Source: an uncultured Pseudomonadales bacterium (GTDB taxonomy: Bacteria; Patescibacteriota; Microgenomatia; UBA1400; PJMF01). Taken from it: a stretch of DNA of 64,000 nt. Location of the stretch: the NCBI GenBank assembly GCA_964583625.1, contig CAZOVA010000001.1, positions 480 to 64,479 on the forward strand, read 5' to 3'. Within the stretch, counting starts at the first letter, position 1, and each line of letters begins with the position of its first letter. The position numbers and the translations under genes were made by a program. The notes below the pieces were generated by a model that searched no databases, was not told where the DNA came from, and was given only the letters and a program-made list of their open reading frames with translations. Shown here in pieces: positions 18,497-27,634 of this stretch.

Positions 18497-20289
18497 CTTA
18501 ACTCCTCACTTTTGATCATGGTTATTAATTCTTCAAGTTTCAAAGATTCTTGTTCTGTTTGGTGGTCTCTCTTTCTCAAAGTCACCACCTCTTTTTCTAC
18601 CTCTTGATCACCAATGACCAACATTAAGGGAATTTGCTGAGTTTGCGCCTCACGAACCTTGGCATTCAATCTTTCGCTCCGACTATCTACTTCCGTCCTC
18701 ACTTGCGAAGCAGATAAAAGGTTTTGGACCTTTTTTGCATAATCAAGATGGCGGTCAGCAATGGGTAAAATTTTTACCTGAATAGGAGCTAACCAAAGCG
18801 GAAGTTTGCCAGCATAGTGTTCCAATAAAATACCAATCATTCTTTCAAAAGAACCAAAAACAGCCGAATGAATCATTACTGGAGTTTTTTTCTCTCCTTG
18901 ATCATTAATATATTCGCAATTAAAGCGTCCTGGTAATTGAAAATCCAACTGAATGGTCGCTACCTGCCAAGAACGTCCCAAGCTATCAGCAATATTAACA
19001 TCAATTTTGGGACCATAAAAAGCTCCGTCTTTTTCTTTAACTTGATAAACAATTTTTTTCTTCTCCAAAGCAGAGATTAAATTGGCTTCTGCTCTATTCC
19101 AAACAGCAATTTCTCCCACAAAGTCTTCTGGTCTAGTGGAAAGAAAATATTCTGGTTGCAAACCAAGTTTGGCATAATATTCTTGTACCATATTGAGTAA
19201 ACTATTAACCTCTTCCCCAATTTGGTCTTCAGTTACAAAAAGGTGAGAGTCATCTTGAGTAATTTCTCTGACTCTAAATAGGCCATTTAATTCTCCTGAT
19301 TGTTCATTACGAAAAACATGACCAATTTCCGTATAACGGATTGGTAATTCACGATAAGACCTTTGTTGAGTTTGATAAATTTTAATATTAAAAGGGCAAT
19401 CCATTGGTTTGAGACAATAATCTTCTTCATCTACTTGAAAAACAAACATATCCTCGCGATAATGATCCCAGTGTCCAGAAGTTTTCCATAGCCCCGACTT
19501 AGCTAATTCTGGAGTTTTAATTTTCTGATAACCATATTTTTGCCTCAGATTCTGACCAAAATCTTCCAGAATATCCCAAACCACCATACCTTTGGCATGC
19601 CAAAATACAGCTCCAGGACTTTCGGGGTGAAAAGAGAATAAGTCTTGTTCTCTGCCCAATCTTTTATGATCTCTTTTTTTTACTTCTTCCAACCAAGATA
19701 AATGCTCATCTAATTCTTTTTGAGTAGCAAAGGCTGTCCCATAAATTCTAGTCAATTGACGATTATTTTCATCTCCCCGCCAATAGGCAGCAGCGATTTT
19801 TAGCAACTTAAAAGCTCCAATTTCGCCAGTTTTCTCTACATGCGGGCCCTTACATAAATCAAGAAAGTAACCAGCCTCAAAGGCGCTTTGAAAATCCAAA
19901 GCCGCCAGTTTTTCTTTATTTAATAAATCATTTTTTTCTTTTGGAGCCAAAGAGAAAAGAGTGATTACTTCATCATTAGCTAATTCAGCAATAATTTCTT
20001 TTTTATAATGATTATGAGCAAAAAAACGACTCGCTTCCGGCGCATCAACTTGAATTTCTTTCAATGTCCAATTAGCTTTAATAATTTTTTGCATTTGTTT
20101 TTCCCATTTGGGAAAATTTGCTGGAGAGATTTCGACATCAGCCGTTTTATCAAAGTCAAAATAAAAACCTTCCTCTATTGCTGGTCCCATGACCATAGTA
20201 ATTTTATCTAAACCTAGATCCTGCAATATGACATAAGTTAAAACATGCTCACAACTGTGGCGAATTTTTTCTAAATTTTGTTCCATCAT
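18493..20289 (-). CDS. thrS: Threonine--tRNA ligase
   Basis: Strong match to the ThrRS catalytic core (KPMDCPFNIKIY, FRNEQSGELNGLFRVREITQDDSHLF) and the N-terminal H.C.H editing-domain motif. Confidence 0.9.
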   Translation of the reverse strand: MMEQNLEKIRHSCEHVLTYVILQDLGLDKITMVMGPAIEEGFYFDFDKTADVEISPANFPKWEKQMQKIIKANWTLKEIQVDAPEASRFFAHNHYKKEIIAELANDEVITLFSLAPKEKNDLLNKEKLAALDFQSAFEAGYFLDLCKGPHVEKTGEIGAFKLLKIAAAYWRGDENNRQLTRIYGTAFATQKELDEHLSWLEEVKKRDHKRLGREQDLFSFHPESPGAVFWHAKGMVVWDILEDFGQNLRQKYGYQKIKTPELAKSGLWKTSGHWDHYREDMFVFQVDEEDYCLKPMDCPFNIKIYQTQQRSYRELPIRYTEIGHVFRNEQSGELNGLFRVREITQDDSHLFVTEDQIGEEVNSLLNMVQEYYAKLGLQPEYFLSTRPEDFVGEIAVWNRAEANLISALEKKKIVYQVKEKDGAFYGPKIDVNIADSLGRSWQVATIQLDFQLPGRFNCEYINDQGEKKTPVMIHSAVFGSFERMIGILLEHYAGKLPLWLAPIQVKILPIADRHLDYAKKVQNLLSASQVRTEVDSRSERLNAKVREAQTQQIPLMLVIGDQEVEKEVVTLRKRDHQTEQESLKLEELITMIKSEELR

Positions 20290-20295
20290 AAACTT

Positions 20296-20318
20296 TATTA
20301 TACCGCATTATACCGCAA
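20296..20318 (-). repeat. Tandem direct repeat GCGGTATAAT x2, immediately upstream of the thrS start on the minus strand, containing two -10-like hexamers
   Basis: Minus strand reads TTTTGCGGTATAATGCGGTATAATAAAGTTT-ATG. Confidence 0.4.
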
Positions 20319-20350
20319 AAACCCACTTGTATATTTACACAATAAAGAAT

Positions 20351-22489
20351 TTATTTAATCAAAAAAATAAGACCGGCTTCATTCTTCCAAATCGCTTGCT
20401 CATTTATTTCTTGAATTAAGTTGCTGTTAATTTCTTCATATTCGTTTTTTTCATCTTGTTTCCACAAAATAATTGTTTCCACTCCCAAATCTTGCCAGGC
20501 TGTTTTAAAATCATCAATACTGGATAGGGAGAAAATGTCTTTCACTTTATTTTCCTTTTTTTGAAAATCATAATCATGAGTTTTCAAAATATTCTGATTA
20601 CTTAGATAAGTGTGTCGTGCACCCAACCCTGGAACAATACTTGCTTCCTTAAAACGGTCATCGTAATAAACTCCAATTAAATCTTCTTTTTTAGTTGAAG
20701 CTCTCAATTGCGCAAGTAAATCTAGTTGCGCCACACTAAAATGACCAGGCTCGTTAACGCTCGTCTCCACTGCCTTATTAAAATAATAACTAAAATTTCT
20801 TACTGTTCGCGGGCTAAGCAGAACTAAAATGATAATCACTAAAGCTTTTCTCAAAGCTAAAAATAATTTTGTGACGCTAAACTCTTTGTCTGTCAATTTT
20901 TCTCCCCACCAAATACTTAGATTCACACCCAAAGGAATCAAAAGCGCCGTCGCTGCCAAAATAAAAAAGTTAAAAGTATTAAAACCGCCGTGAATTTGCA
21001 TATAATTGCTACCGAAAAAAAACCAAACAAAAAAGCTAGTTAAGAAAAACCAACAGTTTTTTACTCCTAAAGCTTTAATAGTTTTTTTGCCAATCAAAAG
21101 TCCTAATAAACGTGCCCCAAAAATAAAAATCAAAGTCATACCGACCAGTCTTAAATTTAAACGTAATAATTGCAAACTAGTTTTGAAAGAATGTACTGAC
21201 AGTAAATTTTGCTCCTCCAAAAACCATTGATACCAGTTCAAATGATTAGCAGATATAATTTCCCTAGGCCAGACCATCGGTATATAAACTAAACCGTTAA
21301 CCTTTTCTGAACCAATACTCCACAATAAAACTATTGCTCCCAAAGCCGTAAAAAACAAACCCCCTACTTGCCACCAATCAATAATGAAAAACCTAATTAA
21401 ATTAAATTTGAAATTTGATGCTTCTTTTTTTCTTTTCTTATAAACTTGAAAACTTTTTATTATTGTTTCTATTAAAAATGCTATCCCCCAACCGCCTAAA
21501 AAAAAGAACAACCAGTAAACCTTGAATAAAGTGAGAGCTATAAGTAAAGGAATTAATAAAAAAATAATTTTACGCTTTTTTGTTTGCCAATAATAATTTA
21601 AGTATAACCAGCTAGCAAAGAAAATAGTTTTAGCAAAAACCTGAGGCATATTTAAAAACTGATCCGCACCATTATCAAAAGTCGCCATCTCCCAACCTTT
21701 AGTCTCTGACAAAAAGAAAGTTATCAAATAACCGCCGTCACCAGCTAATAAAAAAACTAAAGTGGTAAAAAAAGCTATCTTTTTATTTTTAGTAATGAAA
21801 ATCAGAGATTGATAAATGAGACCAGTAGTGATTAGGGAAAGAAAAATTGGTCCAAATTGAAAAAAGAGATTGGTCGTCGGCAAACCTAAACGCACCAATT
21901 GTGCCCAAAGCAAATCTGAAAAATAATGATAGTCTTTTAAAACATCATTTACTTCCGGACGCGCTGGTGGCCACGATTGAGCCATTGACTCAATAAAGCC
22001 CAAATGCATTAAGCCGTCTTGATAATTGGTGAAGTAAAAAGTAGCTCCTTGATCATTGCTCAGACCAGAACTAAAAATAGCTGGCATCTGCATAAGAAGA
22101 CCTAAAATTAATAGAAAAATTAAAGCAATATTACTTTTAATTTTCTCTTTTAAAAAAGAAACTTTTTTTTGCCAATTGTGACTTTTAGCAGAAAATTTTA
22201 AAAAAATAAATCTTAAACTAAAAATTATCAATCCTAAAGCATAAAGGTAAACTAAAAAATAAATTTTGAGCAAACCACTAAAAAAAGCCACAAAAGTCAG
22301 AGCGACCATGCCTAAAACTGGCGCTATAAATAATTTGCTCATCAAAGATAGTTTAGTTTGTCTGTAATTCTTAGATTGAAAAAACTCAATTATCTTCCAA
22401 CCAGGAATTAAAAATAAAACGAAAACAAGAAAACAAAAATAAAACCCATAAAAATAAAATTGCCAGTTACTAAGACCAAATATGGGCAT
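20351..22489 (-). CDS. Large polytopic membrane protein (candidate GT-C-type glycosyltransferase or YfhO-like)
   Basis: 712 aa; more than 12 predicted TM segments with an extracytoplasmic loop and a C-terminal domain. Confidence 0.4.
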   Translation of the reverse strand: MPIFGLSNWQFYFYGFYFCFLVFVLFLIPGWKIIEFFQSKNYRQTKLSLMSKLFIAPVLGMVALTFVAFFSGLLKIYFLVYLYALGLIIFSLRFIFLKFSAKSHNWQKKVSFLKEKIKSNIALIFLLILGLLMQMPAIFSSGLSNDQGATFYFTNYQDGLMHLGFIESMAQSWPPARPEVNDVLKDYHYFSDLLWAQLVRLGLPTTNLFFQFGPIFLSLITTGLIYQSLIFITKNKKIAFFTTLVFLLAGDGGYLITFFLSETKGWEMATFDNGADQFLNMPQVFAKTIFFASWLYLNYYWQTKKRKIIFLLIPLLIALTLFKVYWLFFFLGGWGIAFLIETIIKSFQVYKKRKKEASNFKFNLIRFFIIDWWQVGGLFFTALGAIVLLWSIGSEKVNGLVYIPMVWPREIISANHLNWYQWFLEEQNLLSVHSFKTSLQLLRLNLRLVGMTLIFIFGARLLGLLIGKKTIKALGVKNCWFFLTSFFVWFFFGSNYMQIHGGFNTFNFFILAATALLIPLGVNLSIWWGEKLTDKEFSVTKLFLALRKALVIIILVLLSPRTVRNFSYYFNKAVETSVNEPGHFSVAQLDLLAQLRASTKKEDLIGVYYDDRFKEASIVPGLGARHTYLSNQNILKTHDYDFQKKENKVKDIFSLSSIDDFKTAWQDLGVETIILWKQDEKNEYEEINSNLIQEINEQAIWKNEAGLIFLIK

Positions 22490-22559
22490 AATAGATTATT
22501 ATAATATAACTAAGGTTTTTCTTCTAGTAAAGAAAATTGTTTTTTTATCCCCATGGTCA

Positions 22560-22727
22560 TGTAATTCCATTACTGATTGACAGTTCATTCCTTTTCTGCT
22601 ATAATCGGCAAAATCAAACCAAAGACAGCGCGCTATCATAAGTCACGCCGAGGTAAGGATTAAAGATTCTTATTGATTGTTGAACTTTGGCTTGACCAAA
22701 GTTTTTTTATTTTATTGAAGGAAATCT
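22560..22727 (+). promoter_or_regulatory. Candidate rplJ leader with a hairpin plus T-run (attenuator-like)
   Basis: actttggcttgaccaaagttttttt: the ctttgg/ccaaag stem followed by T7 lies about 40 nt upstream of the rplJ ATG. Confidence 0.3.
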
Positions 22728-23234
22728 ATGCCAAACTTGAAAAATCAAAAAAATCTAGCCGTCATTAAAGACAAAATCGCTCAAGCAAAATCGATTTTAG
22801 TAGTTGATTACTCTGGGACAAGTGTTAATGAACAAAATGAATTTCGCAGAAAATTAAAAGAGGCTGGTGGGGAATTTTTTGTTACTAAAAATACTCTCAT
22901 TGGTTTGGGTTTTAATAGTCAGCCAGAAGTTAAAGAAGTTTTGAGTGGGATGAATGCCTTAATTCTTTCCTATGACGACGAAGTGGGAGCGGTCAAGGTA
23001 ACCTATGACTTTATTAAAGAAAAAGAAAAGTTGGCTGTCAAAGTGGGTTACTTAGATGGTAAATTCTTGGATGAAAAAGCAACTAAAAACCTCAGTCAAA
23101 TCCCAGGGAAAAATGAATTAATTGCCTTATTGATTCGTTCTCTCAATAGTCCCGCCGTCAACTTGGTTAATGTTTTACAAGCTAATATTCGTGATCTTAC
23201 TTATGTTTTAAAAGCAATTGCCGATAAAAAATAA
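22728..23234 (+). CDS. rplJ: 50S ribosomal protein L10
   Basis: 168 aa; conserved L10 N-terminal pattern; followed by rplL. Confidence 0.9.
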   Translation: MPNLKNQKNLAVIKDKIAQAKSILVVDYSGTSVNEQNEFRRKLKEAGGEFFVTKNTLIGLGFNSQPEVKEVLSGMNALILSYDDEVGAVKVTYDFIKEKEKLAVKVGYLDGKFLDEKATKNLSQIPGKNELIALLIRSLNSPAVNLVNVLQANIRDLTYVLKAIADKK

Positions 23235-23276
23235 GTCGTTATTAAAAAGTATAAATAAAAAGTAGAAAGAAAAATT

Positions 23277-23660
23277 ATGTCAGAAAAAGTCGAAAAAATT
23301 GTCGCTGACGTCAAAGCTTTATCTTTAATGGAAGTTTCCGAGCTAGTCAAAGCTTTGGAAGAAGAATTTGGCGTCACCGCCGCTGCCCCCGTAATGATGG
23401 GAGGAGCTGCTCCTGGTGCTGCCGCTACTGCGCCAGCTGAAGAGAAAACAGAATTTACTGTTGTTCTCAAAGACGCTGGAAGCAATAAAATCGCCGCTAT
23501 TAAAGCCGTGAGAACTCTTAAACCAGAATTGGGTTTGGGTGAAGCAAAAGCCTTTGTAGAAAGCACTCCTAAAAATGTTTTAGAAGATGCTAAAAAAGAA
23601 GATGCTGAAGCCGCTAAAAAAGCTTTGGAAGAAGCCGGTTGCGTCGTAGAGCTAAAATAA
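23277..23660 (+). CDS. rplL: 50S ribosomal protein L7/L12
   Basis: 127 aa; Ala-rich hinge; C-terminal KVAVIKAVR-like domain ending GCVVELK. Confidence 0.9.
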   Translation: MSEKVEKIVADVKALSLMEVSELVKALEEEFGVTAAAPVMMGGAAPGAAATAPAEEKTEFTVVLKDAGSNKIAAIKAVRTLKPELGLGEAKAFVESTPKNVLEDAKKEDAEAAKKALEEAGCVVELK

Positions 23661-23683
23661 AAATATTTAAAATAAAAAATATT

Positions 23684-23712
23684 AAGCCCTCCCTTTGTTG
23701 GAGGGCTTTTTG
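23684..23712 (+). terminator. Rho-independent terminator after rplL
   Basis: aagccctccctttgttggagggctttttg. Confidence 0.8.
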
Positions 23713-25161
23713 TTGTTCTCCATTCACTCTTTCTGTTATAATGTTGAAGTGCGAAAAAAAATTATTTTAATAATTTTTAGTTTTTTGGTTTTTCTAACAG
23801 GGGAAACTCAAGCTAAAACCTATATCAGCAGCCCTCTAAGTGGAGAAAAAATTAAAAAGCTTCAGTGGAGAGTGGAAGAATTACCCTCTTTAGCTAGTTT
23901 TCAGTTGTGGCAAAAACAATCAAATTCCCAAGATTGGCAAGAACTAAAAAGTTTTTCTTGCCAAGATGAAAACTCTGTTTATCAGTGTCAGTTGGAATTA
24001 GACAAAATTTCTAGTCCTGAAGTTAGACTTAAATTTATTTACCCAGAGGAAAGTAAATTCTACTTACAAATTGATCGTCTTATAAAAGAGGAAAGCTTAG
24101 AATTAGAACCGAATTTCGAGAAAGAGGTTCTTTTTTATGGTCCTTTAAAAAAGATTGAACAAAGCTTGTTGCCGACCTCTCTTTCTTGGCAAGAAACCAA
24201 TTATCAAAATTTAAACCAACCAGAGAAAGAAATGCCGTCAAAATTATTGGTTCAATCTCGACCAATGACAGAAACTGAACAAATTTCTCCTTGGAGTGGT
24301 AATTTCAAGATTATAAAAAATTTTTCTGATCAACAAGTTAGTAACGGGAACTCTCTTGCTTTAATAGAGAATATTGAGAAAAAAGTTGATCAGTTTGTGC
24401 ACTTCTCATATTATAATTTTGACCAACAAAACCTCAAGCTTGTTTGCCAACAAGAAACTAAAAACGAGAATTTTGATTTACCACCAACATCTCAGCTAGT
24501 TTTAACCGGCGCAGTTGCTAGTGGCCAAAGCGAAGAAGAGGCTTTTTCCAATCTGAGTGTGACAGTTAATGACTTGAGTTCTTTAAAGATCGGAGAAACT
24601 ATTCTTATTCAAGAGATAGTCAACCAGCAATCCTATCAAATAGAAGGAGATATCATTGACTTACAACCAAGTGAGAAGAGAATTATTATTAATGCTTGGC
24701 GTGGAGCAATCCCTAAAAACCAAGCTTCCTCCTGCTTAGGACAAAGTTTTTGTTTTTCTACTCAGGCGCGTATTTCCAAACAACAAGAGCTATTTTTACC
24801 TTTAGAAAAAAATTGTGACCAGCTAAAACTTGTAAGTGAAAAGCCTTTGAATTTGAAAGTTACTAACTTATATCTTGGAGAAATAAGCCAGCCAGACTGT
24901 TTGAAAAATGATGGCGATTGGTGTTTTCTTTATGTCTTAGATTTGCAATTACCAAAAGATTTAAGCTTTTTGCAATATCGATTGATCAATTTTTATCCAG
25001 AGCAAATTAAAGTTGATAATGTTTTTTTACACCAAAAAGACTTAGCTTTAAGTTCTGGGGAGAGAAAAGAATCTTCTAGTGCCGGTCAAACAAATTTCAG
25101 TCGATTACGCCACGGTAAGAAACTCGATTCCTCTGGTATTACTCGAGCTTATTATTGGTAA
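23695..25161 (+). CDS. Secreted hypothetical protein (signal peptide); the true start is probably GTG 23749 rather than the ATG that lies inside the terminator hairpin
   Basis: From GTG 23749 the N-terminus reads VRKKIILIIFSFLVFLTGETQA-KTY, a typical signal peptide. No recognised catalytic motif. Confidence 0.45.
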   Translation: MLEGFLLFSIHSFCYNVEVRKKIILIIFSFLVFLTGETQAKTYISSPLSGEKIKKLQWRVEELPSLASFQLWQKQSNSQDWQELKSFSCQDENSVYQCQLELDKISSPEVRLKFIYPEESKFYLQIDRLIKEESLELEPNFEKEVLFYGPLKKIEQSLLPTSLSWQETNYQNLNQPEKEMPSKLLVQSRPMTETEQISPWSGNFKIIKNFSDQQVSNGNSLALIENIEKKVDQFVHFSYYNFDQQNLKLVCQQETKNENFDLPPTSQLVLTGAVASGQSEEEAFSNLSVTVNDLSSLKIGETILIQEIVNQQSYQIEGDIIDLQPSEKRIIINAWRGAIPKNQASSCLGQSFCFSTQARISKQQELFLPLEKNCDQLKLVSEKPLNLKVTNLYLGEISQPDCLKNDGDWCFLYVLDLQLPKDLSFLQYRLINFYPEQIKVDNVFLHQKDLALSSGERKESSSAGQTNFSRLRHGKKLDSSGITRAYYW

Positions 25162-25202
25162 TTCTTTTCGCTTTTTATTCGCTTTTAGCTTGTTTTTAGT
25201 CC

Positions 25203-25231
25203 TTGACATTCTTTCATTTACTTGCTATTTT
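25203..25231 (+). promoter_or_regulatory. Promoter: TTGACA, 17-nt spacer, extended -10 TGcTATTTT
   Basis: ttgacattctttcatttacttgctatttt lies upstream of the HTH gene. Confidence 0.4.
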
Positions 25232-25257
25232 GAATCAAACAAACCATAACAAAGCTA

Positions 25258-25560
25258 GTGTTTTTATTAAAAAGAAAGGCTAAAATGGACAAAACGATAA
25301 AAATTGAAGAGGAGGTAAAAGTGAAAAAATCTGGCACGGTTCAAGAAGCAATTAAACTTGATATTAATAATTTACCAGATTTGCTGACAGTAAAAGAGGT
25401 CGCTAGTTTATTAAGAGTTTCTCCTTTGACAGTCAAGCGCTGGGGAGCTAGAGGTAAATTGCCAGCTATTCGCATCAATTCTCGTGGTGATCGTCGTTAT
25501 AAGAAAGAAGCAGTTATGTGGCTTCTAGGTATGGATCTTAAAGAAGAAGACGAAGAGTAA
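25258..25560 (+). CDS. Helix-turn-helix DNA-binding protein (excisionase/MerR-like HTH)
   Basis: LLTVKEVASLLRVSPLTVKRWGARGKLPAIRINSRGDRRYKKEAV fits the excisionase-family HTH pattern. An alternative start at ATG 25285 is possible. Confidence 0.5.
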   Translation: MFLLKRKAKMDKTIKIEEEVKVKKSGTVQEAIKLDINNLPDLLTVKEVASLLRVSPLTVKRWGARGKLPAIRINSRGDRRYKKEAVMWLLGMDLKEEDEE

Positions 25561-25561
25561 A

Positions 25562-26308
25562 TTAATTCAATTTTTTAGTTAAAACTAGAAAAACAAAATA
25601 CGGCAGCACTAGCTGCCGTTTTATTCTTTGTGGTTCTTGAATAAGGCGCCAAAGCCACTCTAAGCCTAAGGCTTGCCAATATTTTGGAGCTCTCTTGATT
25701 TTTCCCACTAGGAAATCAAAACTACCCCCAACGCTCATAGCTATTTTGACTTGGCTCGCGCGCAGTAAGTCTCTATTCTCTACCAGCCACCTTTCTTGCG
25801 CGCTCGCCCCAAAAGCGACCAAAACTATGTCTGGTTTTATATCAGAAATAAACCTTTGTAATAGTTTTGTTTCATTATGATTAATTTTATTTATATTTTT
25901 ATATCCCTGTGTATAGTAAATATTAGTTTGATTATTATTAACAGAAATTTTTAATCGATTATTATTAGCTAAGTGTTGATAGTAGCCTCCGATCAATAAA
26001 GTTTTTAGATTTTTTTCCTTTGCTAGAGATAAAAGATAGTTTACTGTATCTGATCCAGTTAGTCTTTCTTTGACTCCAGCAGCCCAAACTAATCCCTGTC
26101 CGTCTGGTAAAAGGATATCCGCTGCTTGTAAATCTTGATAGAAAAGTTTTTCTTTTTTAGCTAAAACAATTTGCTCTGGATTGGGTGTCATAATTAGCGT
26201 CGCAGACGAAGGCTTTTTGACCGATAAGATTTGATCAAGCCAAAAAAACCAGACCTTTTGGTTTTCGTTCACAATTTGTAAACCATAAAATTCTTTAGTT
26301 TTTAGCAT
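25562..26308 (-). CDS. WecB/TagA/CpsF-family glycosyltransferase (N-acetylmannosaminyltransferase-like)
   Basis: C-terminal GLEWLWRLIQEPQRIKRQ signature of the family; 248 aa. Confidence 0.75.
   Translation of the reverse strand: MLKTKEFYGLQIVNENQKVWFFWLDQILSVKKPSSATLIMTPNPEQIVLAKKEKLFYQDLQAADILLPDGQGLVWAAGVKERLTGSDTVNYLLSLAKEKNLKTLLIGGYYQHLANNNRLKISVNNNQTNIYYTQGYKNINKINHNETKLLQRFISDIKPDIVLVAFGASAQERWLVENRDLLRASQVKIAMSVGGSFDFLVGKIKRAPKYWQALGLEWLWRLIQEPQRIKRQLVLPYFVFLVLTKKLN
25590..25628. terminator. Bidirectional rho-independent terminator
   Basis: aaaacaaaatacggcagcactagctgccgttttatt. Confidence 0.75.
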
Positions 26309-26309
26309 G

Positions 26310-27617
26310 TTATGATCTTTTTTTAAAGAAACCTCTTAGTTTTTCAATAATCAATCTTTTATTATTTTTTTCTCCAGTTTCCACCTCTTGAAATAGCTCT
26401 TTGTCTTCAAGATTGTCCGTAGCTAAAGTCTCTTCTCTATTAGCTCTATCTGAATCAGTTGGCACCTTTTTAACAAAAGCAATTATTTCCTCTCCAAGAT
26501 TGTTTGCCTCTACTTTCCACTGACCTCGGGCATAGTTGTCACGAATCTCACTAATTCCAGGCAGGTTTTTTATCATCTCAAGGTTGATTATTTTTGGCAA
26601 GCTATATTTTACCAAAATTTTTCCTTCTTGATCAACTCGCAAATCATCAATTATTAAGTTTAAGGCATGGCCTCGATCACGAACAACAATTTGTAATAGG
26701 TTCTCCAAAGAGACAATGTCAACAATATATGGAGGTTTCTTTTCCCAACCAGCCTCTCGAAAAGAATCTCCCAGATTCCAGGCCTGCAAAAATTGCTGAT
26801 AAATTTCTTTAGCCATTGATGTCTCTAGACCATAAGCTTTAATACTATGTTTTTCCTCATCACCGTTCTGGTCTGGGCCTTCTTTCCAGGACTCTAATTC
26901 TTCCCTCAAATTCTCATTGTTTAAAACATAGGTGTGAAGCAAATGTAAAAACTCGTTAAAGGTTTTAACTTGAGGTAATAGCTCTAATAAATTAGCTGAA
27001 ATTCGAGAAAATCCATGTATTTTGGTAGCCATCTCTCTAACTAAATCAATGTCCATTCTCGCCATTTGCTGCTCATAAACTTGATATAAATCTTTCCAGT
27101 CCTTAGCTTGCTCAACAGCATTGAGTGTTTCTTTTTTCAAAAAATCTAAATGTTCTTTCAGTGCTTCCTCAGTTTTAGGCGGAACATAACCTGGACCAAA
27201 GGCATTTGACTCAAGATTAAACTTTTTATTAAAAGCTAGTGCTTTTTCTCTCGGTTTTTCTTCCAAAAAAGAAATTTTCTCAATCAAATACGCAAAGTTG
27301 ATAGACAAAGTCTCTAACCCATAAGAGAGACGTTTGGCGTAAAGCTCCTCTCCTCTGTCCAGAAAAGGCATGATCTCTGAAACAGATAATCTGGCTAATA
27401 AAGCCTTAATCTTTTCATCAAGTTTAAAAATTCCTGTAAAAGCCTCATCTGGCGAGATCTTTTTAGTTTCTGCTACTGCTGGGTTCTCCTCATGAGAGCT
27501 AGGGTTATCTGGCCCTTTTTCACCGAAAGAATTTTTTGCTAGAACTATGTTTTCGTTCTGAGGGAAGTAGGCGGATCGTTCTGACATCTTTGCTCTAATC
27601 ATAACAGATTTTTTCAA
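26310..27617 (-). CDS. Hypothetical protein, 435 aa, no recognisable motif
   Basis: Long ORF adjacent to (1-nt gap) and co-oriented with the TagA-like gene. Confidence 0.4.
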   Translation of the reverse strand: MKKSVMIRAKMSERSAYFPQNENIVLAKNSFGEKGPDNPSSHEENPAVAETKKISPDEAFTGIFKLDEKIKALLARLSVSEIMPFLDRGEELYAKRLSYGLETLSINFAYLIEKISFLEEKPREKALAFNKKFNLESNAFGPGYVPPKTEEALKEHLDFLKKETLNAVEQAKDWKDLYQVYEQQMARMDIDLVREMATKIHGFSRISANLLELLPQVKTFNEFLHLLHTYVLNNENLREELESWKEGPDQNGDEEKHSIKAYGLETSMAKEIYQQFLQAWNLGDSFREAGWEKKPPYIVDIVSLENLLQIVVRDRGHALNLIIDDLRVDQEGKILVKYSLPKIINLEMIKNLPGISEIRDNYARGQWKVEANNLGEEIIAFVKKVPTDSDRANREETLATDNLEDKELFQEVETGEKNNKRLIIEKLRGFFKKRS

Positions 27618-27634
27618 TTATAATAAGCCATAGT

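Noticed and set aside
25258-25560. Excisionase-type HTH as a marker of an integrated mobile element
   Set aside because: No integrase, transposase, flanking direct repeats or phage genes nearby; treated as a stand-alone small regulator.
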